From an uncultured Clostridiaceae bacterium (GTDB taxonomy: Bacteria; Bacillota; Clostridia; TANB77; CAG-508), in the NCBI GenBank assembly GCA_947647275.1, contig CANSJQ010000007.1, forward strand, positions 1,833 to 65,832: a stretch of DNA of 64,000 bases, given 5' to 3'. The notes below the pieces were generated by a model that saw only the letters and a program-made list of their open reading frames with translations, did not search any database and was not told where the DNA came from. Position numbers and translations under genes: made by a program. Below are positions 39,903 through 49,101 of this stretch, in pieces. The first letter of the stretch is position 1. Every line of letters starts with the position of its first letter.

Positions 39903-41285
39903 TCATATCATTTGTGCCTTTTGATTAAATACTGTTATTATTTGATTCATTATTGCTTGCATTAATGTATTTAAGTCTTGTTGTGAATAATCGTTTAATA
40001 TTGCACAATTGGTTTCATTTAATTTTTCTATATTTTCTAATTCATCTACAAATTCAGTAGTTCCTGTATATATCACTTCATATGTTTCACTATTCTGCAT
40101 AACAGTTGCTGTAATATTTGTGTTTAAAGTACCATCTGTTGCTGAACCTATGTTATTAATATCTAATTCTACTTCTGTTTCATCATCTACGTTTACCTTA
40201 ATATTTAAACTATATTGTGTAGTAGTATTATTACTTGTTATTTCTATATTCATAACATCAAATTCTGCTTCTTCTTTAAAATCTTCATATTTTATTTCAA
40301 ATAAATTATCTGTATATATAGTTATTTTAGATGTATTTTTTAATAAGATTTCTGTTGCTATTGTTTCTCCTTTATATGCATATACAACAAATGATGTATC
40401 TACAAAATTAATATTTTCTAAATTATCTATAATATTGTCTATCCCCTTATTTATTCCATCCACAGTTGCATATTTCTCTATACCTAATTCAGATGCTTTT
40501 GATGCTATTAAGTTTAGAGTAACACTATCTGTTTTTAATGTATTTAAGATATTTAGTACAATATTTGAAATTAAATCGCTACTCAAATCTAATCTATATG
40601 ATGTTGTAGTATATGAAACCCCATCTTTTTCTACTACTGCTTCTGTTTGTCTACTATAACAGTCTTTAGTAATATTTTGCATTATTACATTTGCATATGT
40701 TTCTTTTATATGTTTTTCTTCTTCCTCTGTTAATTTACATATACTAGAATAATCTATTGGTATTATTTCATCTGGAATATCAAATGTTGCTGTTATTCCT
40801 AATTTTTGCATTAAAACCTTTAGATTTTTATTTCTTACTCCTACATATGCATTTACAATTTCATCTGATTTTAGCGCATATATATCTCCATCTTGTAAAT
40901 ATTTTAAGTTAAATATTGTACTATTGCTATATTCTAATTTATTTTCTGAATATGCATAATTATTTGTTTTATCTATTTTTCCATCAGAAGTTAATTTGAT
41001 TTTTTGCAAATTATTATTGACTTCATCATTAGTTGAAGAAAATTCAACTTTTCCATTTGTTATATATGGAGTTTGCTGCTTCTTTTTTTCTATTTCTTCC
41101 ATTTGCAAATTTGGTGTTATTCTTAAATTTTCTGCTTCTTTACTCATATACTTCCAAAATAGCTTTTCATTGGATTTAAACAAATCTGTAAACATGTATA
41201 AACATGTTCCTACTATTCCAACTATTAATATTATAACTACCAATATTATTGCAATTATTATTCCTTTTTTTCTTCCGTAATACAT
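39903..41285 (-). CDS. Membrane-anchored hypothetical protein (460 aa)
   Basis: N-terminal TM (GIIIAIILVVIILIVGIVGTCLYMF) and a large extracytoplasmic domain; no family recognised. Confidence 0.5.
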   Translation of the reverse strand: MYYGRKKGIIIAIILVVIILIVGIVGTCLYMFTDLFKSNEKLFWKYMSKEAENLRITPNLQMEEIEKKKQQTPYITNGKVEFSSTNDEVNNNLQKIKLTSDGKIDKTNNYAYSENKLEYSNSTIFNLKYLQDGDIYALKSDEIVNAYVGVRNKNLKVLMQKLGITATFDIPDEIIPIDYSSICKLTEEEEKHIKETYANVIMQNITKDCYSRQTEAVVEKDGVSYTTTSYRLDLSSDLISNIVLNILNTLKTDSVTLNLIASKASELGIEKYATVDGINKGIDNIIDNLENINFVDTSFVVYAYKGETIATEILLKNTSKITIYTDNLFEIKYEDFKEEAEFDVMNIEITSNNTTTQYSLNIKVNVDDETEVELDINNIGSATDGTLNTNITATVMQNSETYEVIYTGTTEFVDELENIEKLNETNCAILNDYSQQDLNTLMQAIMNQIITVFNQKAQMI

Positions 41286-41401
41286 TTTCTTTTCCTCCTT
41301 CGCGCGAAGCGTGTACTATTCATTATTCACTCTTCACTTTTCATTTTTCTTTTGGGTAATTTCTTTGTAGAACGGGTCGCCCAAGGGTGCGATCCCTACA
41401 A
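41286..41401 (-). repeat. Leader repeat family 2, copy B (fills the whole rlmB to downstream-gene spacer; includes the RBS)
   Basis: Minus strand: TGTAGGGATCGCACCCTTGGGCGACCCGTTCTACAAAGAAATTACCCAAAAG...AGTGAAGAGTGAATAATGAATAGTACACGCTTCGCGCGAAGGAGGAAAAGAAAATG. Confidence 0.75.
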
Positions 41402-42187
41402 TTAATTTCGTTGTTTCATTGCTTCATACATTACTATTCCTGCTGATACTGAAGCATTCAGTGATGTTATTTTACCCTTCATTGGGATTTTTACTAGAAA
41501 ATCACAATTTTCTTTTACAAGTCTACTCATTCCAAAGCCTTCACTCCCTATTACTATTGCTAGTGATCCTTTTAAATCTTGGTCATAATAATATGTTTTT
41601 GTTTCCATATCTGTACCACATATCCATAAGCCTTGTTGTTTTAGGTATTTCATTGTTTCTACTAAATTATTTACTCTAGCAACTTTCATATGTTCTACCG
41701 CCCCTGCAGATACTTTATTTACAGTTGCGTTAACTGAAGCTGCTCTTCTTTTTGGTATTATAATTCCATGTACCCCTGCTGTTTCTGCAGTTCTTATAAT
41801 TGAGCCTAAATTATGAGGATCTTCTATTCCATCTAATATTACTATAAATGGTTCTTCTTGTCTAGTATTTGCCTCTAATAAAATATCTTCTACTTCACAA
41901 TAGTCAAATGGTGGTACTATCGCTATAATACCTTGGTGATTCTCAGTTTGAGCCATTTGGTTGATTTTTTCTTTACTGACTTCAGAAATTAATATTTTTT
42001 TATCTCTTGCTATAGCTATTATTTTGTTAATTGAACCATGTTTTTCTCCATCTTGTACAAATATTTTGTTAATGTCTCTACCTGATTCTAGTAATTCTAT
42101 TACTGAATTTCTACCTTCTACTTGGTCTTGCCATATTTTAGTTTCTATTTTTGACATTTCTTTGCATATTTTATTGTTTTTTTTCAT
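41402..42187 (-). CDS. rlmB: 23S rRNA (guanosine-2'-O)-methyltransferase RlmB (SpoU/TrmH family)
   Basis: VEGRNSVIELL substrate-binding N-domain plus SpoU motifs (ILDGIEDPHNLGSIIRTAE, IVIGSEGFGMS, IPMKGKITSLNASVSAGI). Confidence 0.85.
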   Translation of the reverse strand: MKKNNKICKEMSKIETKIWQDQVEGRNSVIELLESGRDINKIFVQDGEKHGSINKIIAIARDKKILISEVSKEKINQMAQTENHQGIIAIVPPFDYCEVEDILLEANTRQEEPFIVILDGIEDPHNLGSIIRTAETAGVHGIIIPKRRAASVNATVNKVSAGAVEHMKVARVNNLVETMKYLKQQGLWICGTDMETKTYYYDQDLKGSLAIVIGSEGFGMSRLVKENCDFLVKIPMKGKITSLNASVSAGIVMYEAMKQRN

Positions 42188-42313
42188 TTTTCTTCCTTTT
42201 CTTAATTTTTTGTATAATATTTATATTAATTTTCTTGACTTATGTCAAGTTTTATTGTATACTTATTTTATTCTAATATATTTTCAAAAATAATTCAATA
42301 GGAGGTTGGCATT

Positions 42314-42625
42314 ATGGGTATAATTACATTTTTGAAAAGGCATTACAAGAAACAATTATTGAAAAAGTTAGATAGTTTGAAAAAGCTTTCTTCTAATTAT
42401 TTAGAAAGTTCTGAAACTTATGCTAAACTTATTCACCCCAATTGTTCGACTGCATATATAACTACATGTAACTTCAATTCTTGTTCTTTTAATTCTGTTA
42501 TGTATAACAGTTATCATTCTAACTTGGCAGATGTATTTTATAATAATTATATTCATTTTGAGCGTCTGCATCGTAGTATAGAAAAGAAGATTAAAAGAAT
42601 TGAGAAAAAATTACAAGTAATTTAG
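42314..42625 (+). CDS. Hypothetical protein (103 aa)
   Basis: GGAGG RBS and a downstream terminator. Confidence 0.45.
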   Translation: MGIITFLKRHYKKQLLKKLDSLKKLSSNYLESSETYAKLIHPNCSTAYITTCNFNSCSFNSVMYNSYHSNLADVFYNNYIHFERLHRSIEKKIKRIEKKLQVI

Positions 42626-42638
42626 CTTTTTTTTGCTT

Positions 42639-42665
42639 AGCACCCTATTTTTAGGGTGCTTTTTA
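42639..42665 (+). terminator. Rho-independent terminator
   Basis: AGCACCCT-ATTTTT-AGGGTGCT plus a T-run. Confidence 0.8.
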
Positions 42666-42699
42666 TATTAAAATATCATATTGTTAGTATATAATATAT

Positions 42700-44541
42700 C
42701 TATTCTTCGTCTAACTTAAGTACACTTAAAAATGCTTCTTGTGGTATTTCTACATTTCCTATTTGACGCATTTTCTTTTTACCTTTTTTCTGTTTCTCTA
42801 ATAATTTTTTCTTTCTTGTTATATCTCCACCATAACATTTTGCTAGTACATCTTTTCTCATTGCTGATATTGTTTCTCTTGCTATTATTTTTCCTCCTAT
42901 TACTGCTTGAAGAGGTATAGCGAACAATTGCCTTGGTATACATGTTTTTAATTTTTCTATCATTTTTCTTCCTCTTTCATAAGCGGAATCTTTATGTACT
43001 ATAAATGATAGTGCATCTACTCCTTCTCCATTTACCCATATATCTAGTTTTACTAGTTCTGAGCGTCTATAATCTTTTATTTCATAGTCAAATGATGCAT
43101 ATCCTTTTGTTCGTGATTTCAAATTATCGAAGAAGTCGTATATTATTTCATTTAGTGGTAGTTCATATATTAATGTTACTCTATTTTCATCTAAGTATTT
43201 CATATCTATATATATTCCACGTCTGCTTTGACATATTTCCATTATATTTCCTACAAATTCTTTTGGTGTTAGGATTTCAGCTGTTACAAATGGTTCTTCC
43301 ATATATGATATTTCGTTTGATGGTGGTAAGTCTGATGGATTATATAGTTCAATCATTGTACCATCTGTTTTATATACTTTATATATAACTGATGGTGATG
43401 TTGTAATTAAGCTTAGGTCAAATTCCCTATCTAATCTTTCTTCTATTATTTCCAAGTGAAGTAAACCTAAGAATCCACATCTAAAACCAAAACCTAGTGC
43501 ATTTGAAGTTTCTGCTTCGTATTCTAGTGCTGCATCATTTAGTTTTAACTTCTCTAGGGCTACTTTTAAGTTTTCATAGTCACTTCCATCTATTGGGTAT
43601 AAACCACAATATACCATTGGATTTACTTTTTTATATCCTGGTAGAGGCTCACTTGCCTTATCATTTTTTAATGTTATTGTATCACCAACTCTTACATCTG
43701 ATAGGCTTTTTATACTTGCTGCTATATAACCTACTTCTCCTGCTTCTAACATTTCACATGGCTCATAGCTTCCTGGCTCAAAGTGCCCTACTTCTGTTAC
43801 TACAAAGGTTTTATTTGTAGCCATAAGTAGTATTTCATCTCCTACTTTAACTGTTCCATCTTTTACTCTAACATAGGCTATTGCACCTTTATAGTCATTG
43901 TATATTGAATCAAATATTAAACATTTTAACTTTTCTTCTTTGTTACCTGTAGGTGCTGGTAGGTCTGTTACTATTCTTTCTAATACTTCATCTACATTTA
44001 GCCCAGATTTTGCTGAAATACATGGTGCGTCCATTGCAGGTATACCTATAATATCTTCTATTTCTTGTTTTACTTCATGTGGTCTTGCATTTGGCAAATC
44101 TACCTTGTTTATTACTGGCAGAATTTCTAGGTTATTATCTATTGCTAAATATACATTTGCTAATGTTTGTGCTTCTACACCTTGGCTACTATCTACTACC
44201 AAAATTGCTCCATCACATGCCGCTAAACTTCTTGATACTTCATAGTTAAAATCTACATGACCTGGGGTATCTATTAAATTAAGCTCATATTCGTTTCCAT
44301 CTTTTGCTTTATATTTCATTCTAACTGCTTGAGATTTTATAGTAATTCCACGTTCTTTTTCTATATCCATATTGTCTAAAACTTGTGCTTCCATTTCACG
44401 TTTTGAAAGAACACCTGTCATTTCTATTAATCTATCAGCTAGGGTTGATTTTCCATGGTCTATATGTGCTATTATACTAAAGTTTCTAATGTATTTTTTC
44501 TTGTCCTTCAAATTTGTCTTCTCCTTATTTTTTTCTTTCAT
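42700..44541 (-). CDS. lepA: Elongation factor 4 (LepA)
   Basis: [34 protein letters not shown] GTPase motifs and the LepA C-terminal domain. Confidence 0.95.
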   Translation of the reverse strand: MKEKNKEKTNLKDKKKYIRNFSIIAHIDHGKSTLADRLIEMTGVLSKREMEAQVLDNMDIEKERGITIKSQAVRMKYKAKDGNEYELNLIDTPGHVDFNYEVSRSLAACDGAILVVDSSQGVEAQTLANVYLAIDNNLEILPVINKVDLPNARPHEVKQEIEDIIGIPAMDAPCISAKSGLNVDEVLERIVTDLPAPTGNKEEKLKCLIFDSIYNDYKGAIAYVRVKDGTVKVGDEILLMATNKTFVVTEVGHFEPGSYEPCEMLEAGEVGYIAASIKSLSDVRVGDTITLKNDKASEPLPGYKKVNPMVYCGLYPIDGSDYENLKVALEKLKLNDAALEYEAETSNALGFGFRCGFLGLLHLEIIEERLDREFDLSLITTSPSVIYKVYKTDGTMIELYNPSDLPPSNEISYMEEPFVTAEILTPKEFVGNIMEICQSRRGIYIDMKYLDENRVTLIYELPLNEIIYDFFDNLKSRTKGYASFDYEIKDYRRSELVKLDIWVNGEGVDALSFIVHKDSAYERGRKMIEKLKTCIPRQLFAIPLQAVIGGKIIARETISAMRKDVLAKCYGGDITRKKKLLEKQKKGKKKMRQIGNVEIPQEAFLSVLKLDEE

Positions 44542-44679
44542 TCTCTATTTGTTACAATCACAATATATAGCAACTGATAACTTTTGTTTATAGTTATTTT
44601 AACATAACATATTTTTAAAATCAATAGAAAAAGGGCTTTAAGTTTGAACTTAAATGTAGACTTAAGTTTTGACTTAAGC

Positions 44680-45465
44680 CTATTTTATAAATATATTTTG
44701 TAATTTTTGCCCTCTATTAAATCCTTCTTTATAAAAGTCGTCTAATGACATATTTAAATAGTCATATCTATAGCATAGTTCAAGTGTAATTGGACCATTA
44801 TAATTACATTCTTTTAATTTTTCCATTACATAGTTCCAATTTATTGTTCCATCAAATGGTAATAAGTGTAAATCATCTTTCTTATCATTATCATGTAAGT
44901 GTACTGCAAATATTCTATCTTTAAATATTTCAAAGTTAAATTCGTCGTTAAAGTGTACATGGCAGTGTCCTGCATCATAACATATTCCAACATTATCTTT
45001 TCTTATATTTTCTAATACATATTCTAAGTATCCTTTTATTTTTGTGTTTTCAAATGCTACTTTTATACCTAACTCTTGTGCATATTGTGTTATCTCTTTT
45101 AATCTATTTAATCCTATTTCATTATAAATAGGTGCTATACTTTTACTTGTTAGGTGCATTACTACCATTGGAATGTTATATTGCTTACAGTTTAAAATAT
45201 CTTTTTTATATTTTTCTACTAGTCTTTCTCCTTCCAATCCTTCTTCCCAAATATAATTAATATTTTTATATCCCAAATGTGCAAATATAATGTTTAAGCC
45301 TAATTCTTTACATATTTTTACTTGCTTCTCTTGAGAGCATTCCCAATCTTTATCATACCATTGAATAAATACATTTTTAAAGCCCGCATTCTTTATTGAA
45401 TTTATAGTTTCTAGTACGTTTACATTTTCATTACTGTTATGAACAACCACTGCTATTTCTTGCAT
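44680..45465 (-). CDS. Sugar phosphate isomerase/epimerase (xylose-isomerase-like TIM barrel)
   Basis: VAFEN...CYDAGHCHV...VHLHDN...LE pattern of the AP-endonuclease-2/TIM family. Confidence 0.6.
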   Translation of the reverse strand: MQEIAVVVHNSNENVNVLETINSIKNAGFKNVFIQWYDKDWECSQEKQVKICKELGLNIIFAHLGYKNINYIWEEGLEGERLVEKYKKDILNCKQYNIPMVVMHLTSKSIAPIYNEIGLNRLKEITQYAQELGIKVAFENTKIKGYLEYVLENIRKDNVGICYDAGHCHVHFNDEFNFEIFKDRIFAVHLHDNDKKDDLHLLPFDGTINWNYVMEKLKECNYNGPITLELCYRYDYLNMSLDDFYKEGFNRGQKLQNIFIK

Positions 45466-45475
45466 ATAATCCTCC

Positions 45476-46276
45476 TTAAATGAATTTTTCTACTTCTATA
45501 AATAGTCTTCCTTTTCTACTATTACCTAATATATTTTTTATTACAAATCTTCCTTTTCCACGAATTGTTACTATGTCATTTTCTTTTACTTCTTTTGAGG
45601 ATTTTTCTATTATTTCATGGTTTAATAATACTCTTTCTTGTGATAATAATTCATTTGCTTTTCCTCTTGAACATCTTGCAAGTTCTGAAACTATATTGTC
45701 TAACCTCATTGAGGCAACTGTTATTTTTATATTTTGTGTTTTTATTTCTATTTTCCTTAAATTTTGTAATTCTATTTGTTCTACTCTTGACTTACTAAAT
45801 CTTGTTAAACTAGAAATATTTGTAATTAAAAATTTTAACATCTCTGACATCACTAAAATATCTGCTCCATTTTCTTCTACTAAAATGTCGCCTATTTTTT
45901 CTCTTGATATTCCTAATTTCATTAGTCCACCTAAGTAATTTTTATGTGTATATTCTCCTTGCATTTCATTTGGCAATTGTATTCTTATACAATTTATATA
46001 TTCATTTAGATTAATATTTCGTATTATATCAGTTAACTTTTCTGGATAAATTACTAATATTTTTCTTTCCGCTTCTTCAAATCCACCTGTGAAAAAATAA
46101 TTAGATATTTTTTGTGATTTCAAAAAATTTTCTAATAGCTTTTGCTCCATTTCATCTAAAAAATCTGTGGTTTGAATTTTATTTTTAGTTTCACAAAACC
46201 TTATTTTATCCATTACTTTTGATATTAGTAATCTATCCTTTTCATTTTTATATTTATTTATGATATTTCTATCCAT
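45476..46276 (-). CDS. ylmH: YlmH-like RNA-binding protein with C-terminal S4 domain
   Basis: MRLDNIVSELARCSRGKANELLSQERVLLNHEI...ENDIVTIRGKGRF S4 module; YlmH-type N-region. Confidence 0.65.
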   Translation of the reverse strand: MDRNIINKYKNEKDRLLISKVMDKIRFCETKNKIQTTDFLDEMEQKLLENFLKSQKISNYFFTGGFEEAERKILVIYPEKLTDIIRNINLNEYINCIRIQLPNEMQGEYTHKNYLGGLMKLGISREKIGDILVEENGADILVMSEMLKFLITNISSLTRFSKSRVEQIELQNLRKIEIKTQNIKITVASMRLDNIVSELARCSRGKANELLSQERVLLNHEIIEKSSKEVKENDIVTIRGKGRFVIKNILGNSRKGRLFIEVEKFI

Positions 46277-46331
46277 ATTTTCTCCAATTTTATTTTTAGT
46301 TGCATTTTTTTAAAAAAGTCAAATTAGAAAT

Positions 46332-46378
46332 TTCCCAAAAGGGACAGATTTCTCATTAGGAAACGTCCCCAATGGGAA
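46332..46378 (-). repeat. Hairpin repeat family 1, copy 4
   Basis: TTCCCAAAAGGGACAGATTTCTCATTAGGAAACGTCCCCAATGGGAA with terminal inverted repeat TTCCCA/TGGGAA. Abuts the dxs stop codon (46379-46381). Confidence 0.85.
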
Positions 46379-48205
46379 CTAAAATAAATATTTTTCCTCT
46401 AATTCTCCTACATTTCCAGCTTCTATAAATTTATCTGGATAAGCATAGCATTTTAGTTCTACATTTTCTAGTTTGTTTTCTGCTATTACCTCTTTTACTT
46501 TTGTTGCTAATCCACCTACTATACTAGCATCTTCTATTGTTATTACATTTTTTGTTTTTGTAATTGTTTCTATTATTGTTTCTTTATCAAATGGTTTTAA
46601 AAATCTTGCATTTATTAGTTCTACACTTTTTCCTTGTTTTTCTAATTCTTGCGCTATTTCCATACCTTTTACTGCCATTTTCCCTATTGCTATTATACTT
46701 ATATCTTTTCCTTCTTTTAGTATTTCTGCTTTTCCTCTATTTATCTCTTCGTGTTTTTCAAATTTTACTTTTTCACTTTCTCCACCTCTTGGGTATCTTA
46801 TTACTACTGGTGAATTTAATGTTATTGCATATTCTAACATTTTCTCTAGTTCTTTAAAATCTTTTGGTGCCATTATGCTTAAGTTTGGTACTAGGTTAAA
46901 GAATGCTAGGTCTAATAGCCCTTGATGTGTTTCTCCATCATTTCCAACAACTCCTGCTCTATCTACGCACAAAACGACTGGCAAGCTTTCTATGCATATG
47001 TCGTGTATTACTTGGTCATATGCTCTTTGGTAGAATGATGAGTATATTGGTACTACTGGTTTTAAGCCTTCTTTTGCAAGACCTGCTGCTAAGCTAACCG
47101 CATGTTGCTCTGCTATTCCTACGTCAAAAAATCTGTTAGGATATTTTTCTTTAAATTCTTTTAGCCCTGTTCCATCTGTCATTGCTGCTGTTATTGCTAC
47201 TATTTTTTCGTTATTTTTAGCTAAGTCTACTAATTTTTCTCCAAATACTGTTGAATAGTCCTTTTTCTTTTCTTTTTTTGATTTTCCAGTTTCTATTTCA
47301 AAACTACCTGTTGCATGAAATTTGTCTGGGTTTTCTTCTGCTGGTTTATAACCTTTTCCTTTTTTGGTTATTATATGTACAAGTACTGGCTCTTGCTCTT
47401 TTTTCGCTAATTTTAAAATCCATTCTATTCTTTCTATATCATGACCATCTACTGGTCCTAAATATTTAAAACCTAAATCTTCAAAAAACATATTAGGTAA
47501 AACTAATTGTTTTAAGCTATATTTTATTCTTCTTGCTACTCTTATTATTGGTGTTCCTATTTTAGGTGCTTTTTCTAAAGCTTTTCTTATGCTGTTGTTA
47601 GATTTTTTGTAGAATTTTCTAGTTCTCATTTTAGTTAAAAATTGGGATATTCCACCTACATTTTTTGAAATACTCATTTCGTTATCATTTAATATTACTA
47701 TTAATTTCGTTTTACTATTTCCTGCATCATTTAAAGCTTCTAATGCCATTCCCCCTGTTAAAGCTCCATCTCCTATTATTGCTATTACGTTATTGTCTTC
47801 TTTTTTTATATCTCTTGCTCGTGCCATACCAAGTGCTACTGATATTGATGTACTACTATGGCCTGTATCAAAACTATCGTATTCAGATTCTTTTATTTTT
47901 GGGAAACCAGATATACCACCTAGTTGCCTTAAAGTATGCATTTTATCTTTTCTGCCTGTTAATATTTTATGCACATAAGTTTGATGCCCTACATCCCATA
48001 CTATTTTGTCTTTAGGAGTATTAAAAACACTATGAAGTGCAATAGTTAGTTCTGTAACACCTAAGTTAGAAGCTAAGTGTCCACCTGTTACTGATACTGT
48101 GTTTATAACTTTTTCTCTTATTTCTTTTGCTAGTTGCTCTTTTTCTTTTATATTAAGTTTCTTTAAATCTTCTGGATTATTTACTTTATCTAATATGTTA
48201 TCCAT
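46379..48205 (-). CDS. dxs: 1-deoxy-D-xylulose-5-phosphate synthase
   Basis: GGHLASNLGVTELTIALH, GHSSTSISVALGMA, IIGDGALTGGMALEALN. Confidence 0.95.
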   Translation of the reverse strand: MDNILDKVNNPEDLKKLNIKEKEQLAKEIREKVINTVSVTGGHLASNLGVTELTIALHSVFNTPKDKIVWDVGHQTYVHKILTGRKDKMHTLRQLGGISGFPKIKESEYDSFDTGHSSTSISVALGMARARDIKKEDNNVIAIIGDGALTGGMALEALNDAGNSKTKLIVILNDNEMSISKNVGGISQFLTKMRTRKFYKKSNNSIRKALEKAPKIGTPIIRVARRIKYSLKQLVLPNMFFEDLGFKYLGPVDGHDIERIEWILKLAKKEQEPVLVHIITKKGKGYKPAEENPDKFHATGSFEIETGKSKKEKKKDYSTVFGEKLVDLAKNNEKIVAITAAMTDGTGLKEFKEKYPNRFFDVGIAEQHAVSLAAGLAKEGLKPVVPIYSSFYQRAYDQVIHDICIESLPVVLCVDRAGVVGNDGETHQGLLDLAFFNLVPNLSIMAPKDFKELEKMLEYAITLNSPVVIRYPRGGESEKVKFEKHEEINRGKAEILKEGKDISIIAIGKMAVKGMEIAQELEKQGKSVELINARFLKPFDKETIIETITKTKNVITIEDASIVGGLATKVKEVIAENKLENVELKCYAYPDKFIEAGNVGELEEKYLF

Positions 48206-48290
48206 TTCTACATCCCTTCTCCACGCAAAAGCGTATATTATTTACTATTCATTCAAGTCATGCCTTTGAAGTGCAACCCCTACAATTTCA
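48206..48290 (-). repeat. Leader repeat family 2, copy C (shorter; fills the spacer upstream of dxs; includes the RBS region)
   Basis: Minus strand: TTGTAGGGGTTGCACTTCAAAGGCATGACTTGAATGAATAGTAAATAATATACGCTTTTGCGTGGAGAAGGGATGTAGAAATG, collinear with copy B. Confidence 0.6.
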
Positions 48291-48293
48291 TTT

Positions 48294-48935
48294 TTACATT
48301 AGGAATAATAATGTACATGCTGATATTGGTATTGTTATATTATCTGTTCCTTTTGTTGATACTGCTTCTATTATTGTAAGTATTATTGCTGTTACTATTG
48401 ATTTTATTGCCCATAAATTTATTCCTGTAAGCCCTAAATATATTGCTATTATTATGAATGTTATTACAAACATTGTTAGTGATCCTACTAATGTTTTCTT
48501 AGTATTTCCTATTTTGTATTCATAGCTTTTTACTCTTTTCCCTATAACTGCTGCTAATCCATCTCCATACCCCATTATTAGTACACTACATAATCCTATT
48601 TCTGGCTTATTTGTTATTCCAAATGTTATTATTGCTAATATTAATAGTGAAATAGCATAGTATACTGTCCCTAATCCATCTTGACTTTCTCGTTCCATTA
48701 CTGATATTAAGTTCTTCTTATATGAAATATAATTTATTACTACAAAGCTTAATGGTACTATACTTGCCCATAATGCATTTTCGAAAAAGTACATTGCTAT
48801 AAACCACCAATTAGAAAGCATTATATGTATAAATTTTCTACTTACCTCTTTTCCTATTTTTTTGAAAAATTTTGCAAATACTATAATAATTCCTATAAAT
48901 ATATATGATACTATTATTCCTAATATATTTTTCAT
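48294..48935 (-). CDS. Polyprenol/phytol-kinase-like CTP-dependent membrane kinase (CdsA / dolichol kinase superfamily)
   Basis: Six or more TM segments and a GYGDGLAAVIGKR motif. Confidence 0.55.
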   Translation of the reverse strand: MKNILGIIVSYIFIGIIIVFAKFFKKIGKEVSRKFIHIMLSNWWFIAMYFFENALWASIVPLSFVVINYISYKKNLISVMERESQDGLGTVYYAISLLILAIITFGITNKPEIGLCSVLIMGYGDGLAAVIGKRVKSYEYKIGNTKKTLVGSLTMFVITFIIIAIYLGLTGINLWAIKSIVTAIILTIIEAVSTKGTDNITIPISACTLLFLM

Positions 48936-49101
48936 TTTCTACTACCTTCCATTTTTGACTATTATTTTATCACAATTATATACATTTTTCTATAAAATAT
49001 TACATTTTTATTTCATTTTTATTAAAATATTGAAAACAGATATTGGTTATACTATAATTTAATAAGAATATTTATATATTTAAGAAGGGAATTGATTAAT
49101 T

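Noticed and set aside
11815-46378. The 4-copy repeat as a CRISPR array
   Set aside because: The copies are tens of kb apart and are not arranged as repeat-spacer units. No cas genes are in the window.
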